Assembly: GCA_023515725.1 (NCBI GenBank)
Contig: JALDTO010000235.1
Location: 232,371-296,370 of the forward strand
DNA length: 64,000 nt
Reading direction: 5' to 3'
From: Amoeboaphelidium protococcarum X5
Lineage: Eukaryota; Fungi; Aphelidiomycota
This document shows positions 1 through 13,342 of the stretch, piece after piece. Positions within the stretch are counted from its first letter, which is position 1; the number at the start of each line of letters is the position of its first letter. A model generated the notes under the pieces. It was not told the origin of the DNA, searched no databases, and was given only the letters and a program-made list of their open reading frames with translations. A program made the translations under genes and the position numbers.

Positions 1-474
1 CATCTCAATCGAGTGCTCTTCTTCATCTTGACTCTGCGATAATAGATCGAAATGTTTCGAACTGTAAAGTTATTCCTTAATCTCGGTATTTACACGCAGT
101 GTTCCTAGTGGTGTTTTCAGTAGCTAACACTGAGTTAAGGCGCACCTATTCCGTAGATACAAGTAATGAGACGGACCGAGTATGTAGATTGTCAACGGTT
201 TAATAGAATCTACACCACGACAAAACTGAGAATATCCATGAGACGCACATTGCCCAGAATAAGAATATCCTGCATGTGGTCCGATTAATCCAAGCGTATT
301 AACATCTACGCCACTTCCGCTCACTCTCACTTCTGAGTTATTATTATTAGCACCAGCCACTTCAGATTTCTAATTATCCAACCAGCCATTCAACTATGAC
401 GACAATGCATTCTAATCTTTCAAGTACCAACTACCAGAATGACCATCCTACCTAACGCGAGTACTCTAAGCCAT
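1..474 (-). CDS. MEMO1: MEMO1/Mho1-family protein, runs off the window start (3' part missing)
   Basis: With TAR=Gln: MAQSTRVRQDGHSGSWY...IGPHAGYSYSG...ILGPSH...KTPLG...DEEEHSIEM, all MEMO motifs in one frame. Confidence 0.92.
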
Positions 475-611
475 TTTATTTAAATATTTTACTGGAGCCA
501 ATTAAAAAATAGTCCTAATCGGGCGGCGGCAACGATTAAAACGACTAATAAGCGATCAAACGAGTGGTGATTGACTGGAAGAGATTCACCGCTAAAGTGA
601 GAGTAAATTGA

Positions 612-636
612 GTGTGTGTGAGAGAGAGAGAGAGAG
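612..636. repeat. (GT)n(GA)n microsatellite in the divergent promoter region
   Basis: gtgtgtgtgagagagagagagagag seen directly. Confidence 0.8.
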
Positions 637-794
637 CAGACCGCTGTGAGACGCCCGACTCTAAGCTTTTCTTTTCTCAAACCAACTGCCTGTGAGAACA
701 CGGCCAGATAATCTGTTTTAGTTGTACCATTGTATATCATCTTTTAGTCCGTCTGAGCAGAATTTAAGATTATAAAAGTTTTTAAAATAAGATT

Positions 795-2918
795 ATGGAG
801 AAAGATAATAGTACGGAAGATAATTAGTGGTGTTAGTGCGAGGATTCCGTGAGAGAGTTTAGAATGGAGAGTGACGGGTCGGGCGTTGACTGCAGACGGT
901 GCGGATTGCCTATAGAGAAATTGGTCAAGATTGGGGAACATGTGTCATTATTAAAGCAGTAGGCTCAGTTGGACAGTTTGACTGCGAATCGTGTCAAGAT
1001 GGAGAATGATAAGCTGTAGAAATTGGTCAAGCAGTTGGAGAATGCTCTCATTAAAAAGACTGAAGAGTGTGACTAGCTTACGAAAGATTTGCATAATATG
1101 AGTGGCAAGCTGGTGCGTGAGATTGATCTTCGAGGCTAGTTGCAGGTGGAGAAGGATAAAGTGCAGGAGGAGGTTGAGGAGTTGACCAGGAATCTGTTTG
1201 AATAAGCTAATGGCATGGTGGCGGATGAGTCTAGGAAGAGGCATGAGGAGTAGTAGAAGCGATAGACTATAGAGACGGAGTTTGGCAAGATTGTGAATAA
1301 ATATGAAAAGGAGCGTCGAATCGGTGTGTCTCTGCGTCGTAAGATTTCAGATATTAACGTGTATAATAATGCATCGGCGGCTGGTGTTTAATAGTAATTG
1401 AGATCCGAGGTTACCGAGTCTCTGAGTATTAAAGTGCATGGCCTGTATAAATTGGATACTTTTGCAGCGCTTGGTCTTGACTCGATGACAGATGCCAGGA
1501 TGCTGGTGGATTTTTAGACTTTTGTTGAGCTGTGTCATAAGCATGCGGAAATTCTGGAATTTACTCCATATAAGTTGGCGCAATTGAGTCAGTTTATTAA
1601 ATTTGCCCTGGATGAGTTTGTTGAACCTGCTCTTAGAATTACGGGCGGTGCATATGCTGGTGGTAAATTGAGTTGGAAGAAGCTGTTGGATGGTATTGTC
1701 AATGAAACTCTTGTTATGGAGCAGGTGGATTACTCGGATGAAGAATACAACTCTGATAAGTCGAGTGAACCTGTCAAATATTAGTAATAGTAGGCAAGGT
1801 CGTCTATCAATCAAAAAGTGTCTTAATCTGTGGGTCATACGCCATAGGCTTCTATATCTTGGCCTAAGCGATCTGGATCTGCACTTGGTCTGGTGGATGC
1901 TTAGCAAAATTAGCAGATATAATAGTAACAGTCTTAGCATCGAACACCTTCTCCTGCACGATTATGGTAATCGTTCCTCAATTCATAATCATCCAGCAGT
2001 AAAGAGTTGACGACACACGCTGTCACTCAAATCACTCCTGGTGGTGTCAATGATTGCACAGTATGCGCTGCTTGCGGAAGGAAACAGGATCATTCTGATG
2101 ATAATGTTCCCATAGTGTATTCCCTTAATCCTAAGAGATGCACATACCGTCTGACTCTCATTTAACCAACCAGTTCTGCAAGTGCTGCGGCAAGTGCAAT
2201 CTAATCTGTTCTATCCTCATCTTTTGGTAGCAGTAAAATGCTCTCTGGATCAAATTCTACAACCACGACGGCTAATAATAAAGACAATGACAGTGAACGC
2301 GTTAGAAATCGAGCCGGAACAGACTCTAGTCAAGATTCATCGTCTCATGTAAACAATAGTGCCTCGTAAAGACTCTCTTCTACCGGTGGTTAAAATGCTG
2401 AGCATTCTGATTAAAAAAAGGATTAGATTGAGGTCAAGTATTACATTGACGACTGGTGTCATGATCGTATTCTCGCAGTGTAGAAATGGTGGTAGGTGAT
2501 CAGTAAAGTTAGATAGATGTGTCATGAGCACCTTGATGAAGCATCAGAGCATTTGAAATAAAAGATGGACGATGGTGCAAAGACAAAGCATATAAGTCTG
2601 ATTGTTAGCAGTGATGATGATGGTAATAATGCCTATCAAGATGTATTTGATGGATATCAGAGTCCAATGCAGCCGAAGCACAATAGTGAGATACCGGTAT
2701 ACACGCAAAAGAGCTCTGGTACATCATCAGCGTCAAAGAAGAAGGAAGTTGACCGTCTCTTTCTCGATTGCCTCCAGTCATTAAAGTTGATATTTTACTC
2801 GCGGATAGGTGTGTTGTCGTTCTATCTCCGCTCTCAAAACGACGCCCTCTCTCCCGTGTCCACCAGTAACGACAATGTTATCGTCATAGATAATAAGATT
2901 AACAGTGATGATTATTGA
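795..2918 (+). CDS. SEC2: Sec2/Rabin8-like Rab GEF (coiled coil)
   Basis: Single frame with TAR=Gln; EVEELTRNLFEQANGMVADE matches the Sec2 domain; ORFs 1575 and 2565 are in frame; ends at TGA 2916-2918. Confidence 0.8.
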
Positions 2919-3193
2919 AAGAGTTTGTGCATCCACCTTTTGTATTATGATTTATCTTTTATCTTCCTTCTGATAGTTTTCTTTTCTGCATAATCTTTAA
3001 TGTCTTCTTTACGGCGCGAAAGGCACTTCACTTTTCCTTTAGAACGTCTCTTGGTCGTTCTCTTTTTATATCTTCTCTCTATCGCTCGCTGAGTAAAAGA
3101 TACTGTTTTCTGGCTGGGTGAACGAACTAACTTTTCTTCTTTCCTCAATTTACAGTGAAATCGTTACTGTTATTTTAATTTTAATAAATAGAA

Positions 3194-3578
3194 ATGGCAT
3201 CATCATTGAGTAGTAAGAATTATTTATTTTATTAAAATTGGATGTTAATTGATTAAATATTATTTTATCGTTTCCCCTAAATGTGTAGAAGTTACTAGCT
3301 TGGTGTAGAACAAGGCATTGACCGCTTGGTCGTTCTCTAAATTGGTGTACCGCAATGCCAACCTGGCACCACCACAGCTGGGAACGTGGAATTCTGCAGC
3401 CTCTGAGTTTGCCACTCTGATCAGACAGGGATTGTTTGCTAGAATGGCGCGTGATGGTATTGGAGGATATACGCTCCGTAACGTGTGGGATGCTGCTAAA
3501 TTGACTGTGGAAGTTGCCGGCTTCTTCACTATCGGTGAGATCTTGGCCAGACGTTAGATTATTGGATACAAGTACTGA
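3194..3578 (+). CDS. ATP20: Mitochondrial ATP synthase subunit g, one intron (3213-3288)
   Basis: LAPP...EVAGFFTIGEILARRQIIGYKY* signature; GT..AG intron restores the frame. Confidence 0.9.
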
Positions 3579-3795
3579 ATATTTCATAATTCACTTGACT
3601 TTATAAAAAAAAGCATTTGAAAACTGAAATTTTACTGTATCTCTCCTTTAAGAATATATTGATCACTTTATTCATATTCGACATTATCACTCTTCATTCA
3701 ATCAGATTTACTGCTCGCGTCACTTCCACTCTCTGACTATTATAATGTCTTTTACTGCAACTACACATTCAGAATATCATGCAAATACCATAAGA

Positions 3796-3813
3796 ATATA
3801 TATATATATATAT
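3796..3813. repeat. (TA)n microsatellite
   Basis: atatatatatatatatat seen directly. Confidence 0.8.
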
Positions 3814-4410
3814 AATTTTAAATATTAATCTTACACGTTCATTTTTTCGTGCTGTCAACGTTGTATATTTGTGATACATTCCAAGACTAAGATTCACCGT
3901 GCCAAATGCACATCCAACCGCTAGAATCTACATCGCATTTTACAATCGGAATGAGTTGATTATCCGAAAGCATAATTCATACAGTAACGATTCCTTTGTG
4001 AAAATAATCTGCCGATTTCGCTCCAATACTTTGCCACCTAGAGTTTATCATTCCTATTGATTGATTGCTTGCTTGATGATCGTGACGTTTTTTTACTAAA
4101 ACAGGCGAAAAGCCAAAGAAGCGACAAAGCTTGCTAAATAGCATCTGAAGTCACTCTGCGTATTTAGCATTGATAATGAACCAGCAACTATATTAACTGC
4201 AGACTAAATGCAAAAACTTGATATTTTGTAAAATCAATAAACGCTGAGCGTGATCACTAGTATAAATTACGGTCCACTGGGATTGATAAGTTTATTTTTA
4301 TCACCATAACTGAGTTCAAGCAATCTAATTGATTGCCTATCAACTACTTTGATTCAAACGCGAAATTGAAACAACACATCAGTGATAACTTGTTCAATAC
4401 TTTCACCGTA

Positions 4411-5889
4411 ATGAGTATGTAAAAGAGAGCAGAAGAGAAAATCAACAGGGAAATTAAAGAGCAGCAAAAGCTTGAGCATAACAAGTTTTGTGCAGAGTGC
4501 GATAAGTAGGGTGTTGCGTATGTTGACGTTATCACGTACACTTTCATCTGCGCTACATGCGCTGGTGCTATTCGCGATTATCATCGAACCAAGTCTCTGA
4601 CTGCTGCAACATTCACCCAAGATGATGTCACCCAACTAAAAGCGAATGGTAATAAACGCGCCAAGTCCATCTGGATGGCCAAGTTTAATCCATCTGTCCA
4701 AAGACTGCCTGATCGAAACAATCCTGTAGAGTTGAAAGATTTCATGCGCAGAAAGTACCAAGAGAAGAAGTGGTATGATGCTACAGTAGCAGTTGACGTG
4801 GTAGAGGAATCTATTCAAGATGGAGATCAACATCAAAAGTCTAGACTTACCGGCAGTTTGTCCAATGCTGCGACTGCTGATTCGATAAATGACGCTGCCT
4901 CAGTGTTGAGCTTTTAGTCCGCTGCGACAGCTGGTAATACGGCTGCAGTTGGAAGACGTGACAACTCTGGCAGATTGACTACGCAAAAGTCTGGCGTATC
5001 TCTTGAGTAGTAATTAGATGCCTTTGCTGATAATACGAGTAAGCCTCTGCCTTCTGTGAGTGACAATGCACCCAAAGCAGCATCATAGAGCAAGCATCTC
5101 CATTCTCCATAGGCGACTTCATCCAACTAAAAGTCAATGTAAAAAACTCCATCAGCTGCCGATGATCTTCTGGGGCTAAACTCGCTTGACTTTACTGCTG
5201 GATCGGTACCACAGAATCAGTTTTTCAGCAGCGGTATGGGGCAGACAAGTAATAATTTCGGCCTTCAAGCAATGAATACTAGCTATCAGACTAATCCATT
5301 CTAGATGAATGGCGGTGTGGCATAATAACAATAACAAATGAATCCATTTGGTAATTCACAGTCTTTTGGTAGTATGCCCCAGCAGTAATCGGCCATGTTA
5401 CAGAACAACTTTAACAACCAGCAAGGTCCACAACTGTCTCAGTTTGACGCTAATCCCTTCGGAATCGCAGATAATCCGTTTGGTATCGTGTCACCTCCAT
5501 AACAGAGTCAGGGCTTCTAGTCAATGGGAGGAAATATGGCCATGAACAATAATGTGTATGCACAGCCACAGATGAATGGTAACTTGATGAATAATCCATT
5601 TGGTATGTAGCAGCCTTACTAGAATTAGCAAAATGTGGCAGTATCTCAGGACTAGAATCCATTCATGTGGCAGTAGAATGTATCAGCTGGTTATGCAAAC
5701 AATGCACAGATTCCAAGGTAGAATCCATATTAAACTCAAAGCAATACGGCGCAATTTAATCCATAGCCATAAGTTGTAGTTGGCTCTTGGTAATCATCTT
5801 AACAGTCGTAGAATCCATTTCAAGCAGTCCAGAATGATCCATTTGCGTCCATGTACAGCGGCTTTTAGAACGGTGCAGTGTAGAAGTGA
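4411..5889 (+). CDS. ArfGAP-domain protein with Q/N-rich NPF-repeat tail (AGFG/Gts1-like endocytic adaptor)
   Basis: N-terminal CAECDK...FICATCAGAIR...GNKRAKSIW zinc finger; many NPF motifs (aatccattt/aatccattc) in the C-terminus. Confidence 0.85.
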
Positions 5890-5924
5890 GAAATAGCAAT
5901 ACAAATCTTATAGACTTGAAACTT

Positions 5925-8900
5925 TCACTATTTCAATTACTTGGCTTTCATCTTGTTGTTCTTGAATATCAATGTCTTGAACTCGCCTTAATTTTGAGCC
6001 ATTTAAACGCGAAGCCATTTGGAGTTATCAACTGTACTTTGCATAGAGATATTATTAAGTTATGAAAGATCATCCGCAACTTATTGCAATTATTTATAGC
6101 TTTATTAAGCAGACAACTACTAATTTTCGCTTGAATCTAAACTAGAGAAACCTTTATCAATAAGTTGATAAATGTCCAAAGTCTCACCGAATACCGGTTA
6201 ACCATCAGGAGAGGAAGGAGTTATGCATGGATCACTAGTCTCTTTGCGCAAAACGTGATCAATATCCACACCAGAAAAGAAAGCTACAGACAGCGGCAAG
6301 TCATAAATACCGGCACTATAAGCAAAGTAGGAGCGAGTCCAAAGGTTTGAAATCTGCAAAGCTAGCGCAGCACGATACTAATCCTTCTCTGCCACTAGAA
6401 ACCGTACTTCATCATGTATGGTGAGCAGCAATCTGCAGTCAATCTGATATTACTTGCTCAAGTACGATATGGACACTAGCAGGAGATGTAAGTAATCAAC
6501 TCCAGAAGATTAAACTACCCAATTGACGCAACTCATTAAATACTTCCGCCTTGAGCTGGTAGATAACAAAGAGTCTGGTAATTATACTTTACACACGGGA
6601 GTTCGCGGGTCATCCGACAATGCGATATCCTCAAGAGTGTTAAACATAAATGACTCGGTGCCGCCATACCAAACAGATCTAGATAACTATTTCTTGTGCC
6701 CCTTAGCCTCGTCATTTAGCTGCCAATCTGCAAAATTTCTAGGCGGGAACCATTTGATGCCTTTAGTCTTGTTATACAGCAACTGTGCTTTGTTCTTGGC
6801 ATCCTCTTCACTCATAGATGGATTGTACTTGGAGAGAAGCGTCGATGCAAAATTAAGGCCAGAGCCATAGATGCGAGCATAATTGAATACCTTGGCTGCA
6901 TCTCTACTGAGGCCCAATATCTGAGCAGATGAAGAATGCAGGTCAGTCTTATCATTCTTATTCCCCTATAAGCACATCCACCCAAGAGCTGTCCCGCCAT
7001 GTATTCCAAACTGAGCATCCCCTAACAGACTGGAGATCCACAGCTCTTAGCTATCAACATCTGCACCGACAATCTTATATCCAGGAGGGGCCACAACTTG
7101 ACTCTTCAATTCAGAGCCAATCTTGGTAGACTTGGCGTTAGATGCCGTTAACCAGGTAGGCTCAACAGCGCGCCGAGTAACAGTGCCCATAGTGACAATT
7201 TGTGGTAGGATTACATCGAAGTCCTATTTGGGAATAAATCGTGACGAGTCAATGACAAATTAATCAATTATACGTTCCCTGGAGCTGATCCAGTACGAAC
7301 AAGACGCATTGGCATCGATTGCCTCCCGAGCCAGACCATCTTGTGATGAGATACTTCCCTCAGAGAAGTGACGTAGGAACGACTTGGCAAAAGGAGATCC
7401 ACAATTCTTTGAAGCTTTGGGTCCGAAGCTATTTACAGGTAATCGAAAGTATACACCTTCAAAGTCATTCTCCACCAAGTTCAAATAGAATTACTGAACA
7501 GATACACCAGACTTTGACTTCTCGACCAATCTTAAGACAGATTCACGAAACTCTTCAACATTCACCTTCTGAGACATGTCGAAGTTATGGTCTTCCTTCC
7601 AAGGGACACGGAAACACCAACCATACGATGTACCAAGATAATACAACGGATATCCCATCCAAGTCATACGAAGAAGAAGAGGAGTTATTCGGGAACGAAT
7701 AGTCACCACAGGATCGGTCTGCTTTGACGGAATCAACTACTTGTACCAGCGAGGCAACTTACTATCCTTACGACCAATCATAGTCCAGTCAAGCTATTTA
7801 AAATAGTGGTCGGTGGTGCGCTCAGACTCTGCACTTTTAAGAACAAAGTCAGTCAGTTCAACCAATCTCTGAGCCACATGACTTTACCTCTCATTCAATA
7901 GATTGTCACATCGCTAAATGTAGTCATTCCATCCTGAAGAAATAGGCAAGTATGGCGATCCCATTTCAAGAACTCCTGCCAGTGGTATGAGATTACCTTG
8001 AACCTTCTGTGTCCAAAACTTGGCAAATAGCTTTTAGAAAATCTAAAAAGTGGCCATAACATCTTGAGCGCAATACTAAATGCAATTCTACAAATCCCGT
8101 CCAACGTCTTCAATGTCGCCTTCTACAAAAACGTTCCGCTACTCTTTGTCTAGCTCCTTACCAAAATGTAGCTTATACACAGAACTTAGACTATTCAACG
8201 ACGATAAATTATACCATTCCACGTCAGTTTCATCAAATTTATCTTCGTTCATCAGGTGCATACCACTAGGTGGCATTTACTCCCCTCTCTAATATGCATC
8301 CAAGCTAATAGACTCATAATCAGCTTTAACCTTCTTCTATTTGTCTATACTCTTCCACACGACTCTTTAATCACTTGTCAGTCCACTATTAGCCATATGC
8401 AAACTCATTGTATCAAGGAACCGCCGCTGTGATTACCGAATATCATACTCTTCCATAATTCTGGCACGATCAAACGAGACATTATGGCCAATAATAAGCT
8501 ACTGCTCTGCTGTCTGATTCTTATGATTATTACATAATGGAATAAGATGCTTATACTGACGGTGATCAGCAGATGAAGATTCAAATAAAACTGGAGACAA
8601 CCACGCATACCACGCTTTGTCACTCGCCGCAACAGCCAAAGTAGGATACTTGCCTCGTTTAACCAGTGCCTCAACATCAAATACTAAAGCAGATTCTTCG
8701 GGAAAGTCCACAGGTCGGAACGTTGAACTTTTCGGACAGTAACGCGTCCAGCCAGCTCTCGTTACGGGCCATTGACCGGCTGGAGGCATCGCAGGAATCT
8801 CACATTTTTGCAACTTTAATGCCAATTACAAATAACTGGAAAAGTTGGTGAAAGCCATCTACTTGAAATGCTCATGTATATTCTTGCCAAGCAGAGAAGG

Positions 8901-9266
8901 TACACGAATGTCGGGATGAGGTACATCTATAGTTGGTTTATTCCACAAGTTCTAACGCGTCAGATGCTCAGTGGCAAGTTGTTTCTACTCAGATGTGGGC
9001 GCACTGCTGAGGTTATTGAACACCTACTTATGCATATACTCTGACAGCATTTAAATACCAACATAATTTCTCCTAATAACTTGATCATCATTACACCTTG
9101 GTGCCTAATTGCTCCAATAACGACTCGAAATACAACGTTTCATGTCGTCTCCGTTCGTGTTTTGGGAAAGAAGATTTCCGGCGCTGGCTGATCTCTCAAC
9201 ATACTGTATAACGTTGCGAGTCCTTAAAGGAACTGCCTTACAAGTACAAAGATGGCCTTAGAGCAT
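5925..9266 (-). CDS. POLG: Mitochondrial DNA polymerase gamma
   Basis: RNYVGIQMLS, FDVEALV (ExoI), [42 protein letters not shown]; one frame of 1113 codons; alternative start near 9143. Confidence 0.95.
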
Positions 9267-9364
9267 GACAGTATTCAAGAACCAAATTAGAAACAGAAAA
9301 AGAGCAAATGATATAAAAAGTCACTATATAGATATATTCGGCGGTGTTGGATAGATAACTCTCA

Positions 9365-10687
<1,323 letters not shown>

Positions 10688-11125
10688 TAAATAATAATTC
10701 TTCAAATCGTTTTTTAACACAATTAGAAAGGATTAATCTAGTACTATGTTATCTCTTATCGACAACGTTTCTGAATAACACTTGAACTCTGAAAAGAGAG
10801 AAGTAAAGAGGAAGAGTTCGCCGGAAAGAACTGAGCGCAATTTTCTTGTTTTCTCGTTTGAATTCCTCTTGCTGAGACGGGACGGGTGATCGGCGGACAA
10901 CATCGGGACGGTTTCGCTCGCTCCAGTTTGTCACGCTTTATAAGTCAATGATGTAGTTGTTGTCAAGAGCTTTTCAAGCGGGGATCAGCATTATCATTTC
11001 AATGTTGTTTGCACACATGAATTGTTACAATTCATTTACCTAACACCTAGCGGATGATTTAAACATTATTTTCTTATATACATTGATACAGTTCATTAAA
11101 TATACAGTCGCGTAGTAGCTGGCGG

Positions 11126-12343
11126 TCAGTCGGAGCTTTTACGATGAACCTTGGACTTGTGGAATAGCGGTAAATTAAACACCAGTCCTGGGTATTTGTT
11201 TCCATCAGTAGCATGAGGATGGGACTCTCCGACAGGTGATACAGACGCGGAAGTCTGATTAGACGATACGGCCGACGCATTTCTGTGGAAGAAAGGCACC
11301 ACTGGGAACTTGCTAAATTAATTAGTCATTGCAGCCTCCTATTCCAAAGCTGATGGTGAGACAGGTGAAGTTGATGTACTAGTCTTGATAGAATTGAAGC
11401 CGGCAGACCCTGATATTAATTAAGGATGAATAGGTTTGAAGCTTGCTGGATGACCAACTGGACTATGCTTCAGACTTGATGGTACGGTGTTGTATACGTA
11501 CTAGACAGCATCAATGGTTTCACATGTAACCACGTCAGGAATGCATGGAGTAAAATCGTTAAGATCAACTTAACCATCATCATTGCGGCTCAATTCTTCA
11601 ACTTCAGGTTTTGGGATCAGCCAGCGCATCCAGAAGAATTTCTCCGAATTTCTCATTTCAAACCCAAGCACAATACCAATATACTCTGGATGCTCAACAC
11701 CTCTGACTGAAACCACATTGCCAACTTCATACCGTTCTCCCTTGTGCACGATAGCCGTAGGACCTCTGCTGACGATGCTCTGACTTGAACCAAAATTGTG
11801 AGCATAATCATTACCAAAATTGTGAAAGTTACTGCCCGTTAACTGAGGAATCGGCAAGGGGGCGATCTTGATTTGACGAGGCTTTTTGCATTTAACAGAC
11901 TTCTTCGCGTCGAAGGGAAGATCATTAGATGAACTATCATCGCCACTGTCTTTTCGCTTAGAATTATGAGGATTCATTTATGATGCATTAGAACTTTTTC
12001 TCTGCGGAGGTTTGGTGTCCAGATCAATCGGCCGCATTTTACCCTGTTGTTTCAAGTAGAGCCCGCACTACATAGAGTCAAATCAATGGTGATCAGATCA
12101 GCGAAAATATGAGAACACACCTACCGCATTGCATAAAACTTGACCACACGGACTTTTTCTCCAAATCGGTGTCTGAGAGCGTCCACAATTCTTACAAGTC
12201 TTGACAGGAGGTGGGATCACAGTTCTGATTGGTTAAGTAGCCAGCGGAAGTTAATGATGATGATTGTGATGTTGATGCTGATGATGAGACGCAGCATGGA
12301 GCTATGCAGGATTGTTGTCACAAGCACCAAAGTTAGATTACAT
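11126..12343 (-). CDS. GATA zinc-finger plus BAH-like domain protein (GATAD1-like), one intron (~12068-12124)
   Basis: CKNCGRSQTPIWRKSPCGQVLCNA|CGLY, then GERYEVGNVVSV...YIGIVLGF...WMRWLIP resembling the GATAD1 C-terminus. Confidence 0.75.
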
Positions 12344-13342
12344 TTCAATGTCAAACAAGCAGAATCAAAATTGACAAACTACATAAATAATTTAGAAAAT
12401 AATGAACCAATAATACTGAAATACTTACATTAATGGAGAAATTATGATTATAAAAGAGATAATAGTCAAGACAGACAGACAGGCAGACAGAGAGAGAGAA
12501 ACGGACCACGCTGATGTTGATCATGAAGATTCGGAGGATGTTTTGATCGAAGAGGCGCGCCAGTTTCAAAAGCGGAAAGATCACGAACGGTTTCTGTTTC
12601 AGAAGTTGGAATTTATTCAACGAGGCTGACTGTTTCACTCATTCAATTCATATAGTAATTGCTCATTGAGTAGCAACACGTGTATATTATGGAGATTCTG
12701 CCTAGTTGTGATAACCATCGGAAAATTCAATCTATGCATCTTGAAGCAAGATACACAGAATTATCAAGAATTTTGTAACTTTTATCACCTCACAGGATGC
12801 GAGAGAGTGACTAATTAGTCTTGTGGCACTAATTCTCTTTAAATGGAGACGTCTTTTATGCTGTATTAGTAAGTGATTAGCAAGTAATAAAGTAATTAAC
12901 TTTTTTTCGTAATTTACTGAAATACTCACGATATTTGACGTCATCATTTTCCGCTATTACTCCAACTCGATGCTTCCCCTCGAAAAAGCTTTAGGTAATA
13001 GAAAACGCAACTGAATAAAATCAGTATCATGCTATTCGCCGTCAATAAATGCTAATTTGTTATAACTTTCACGCGTTAATTAGACACTTTGGTCTTGGTG
13101 TCTGAATGTAAACTAAATATTCCGATTCTTTATAACATAGCGTCATGATAAGGGAAGCAAATATACCCCCTGACAGAAGTTTTCCGATCTGAATTGACGT
13201 TCTTTGTTTCAGATCGATCGTCAAATTAAAAATGCTTACGAAATCAGCGCCGATCGCTAGAAAATCCTCTGGACTGTATATCTTATTCTTTCTTACGTAA
13301 TAGTCAGCACAATAGTAATAACAGCATTGCATTTTACTCGAA

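Noticed and set aside
951-1940. Long antisense ORFs in the track (e.g. 1347-1940, 34512-35048, 44002-44529, 55289-55681)
   Set aside because: They are shadows of real genes on the opposite strand and show no recognisable motifs
12444-12629. 61-aa plus-strand ORF
   Set aside because: It lies in the promoter/microsatellite region of the GATAD1-like gene and no homology is recognised
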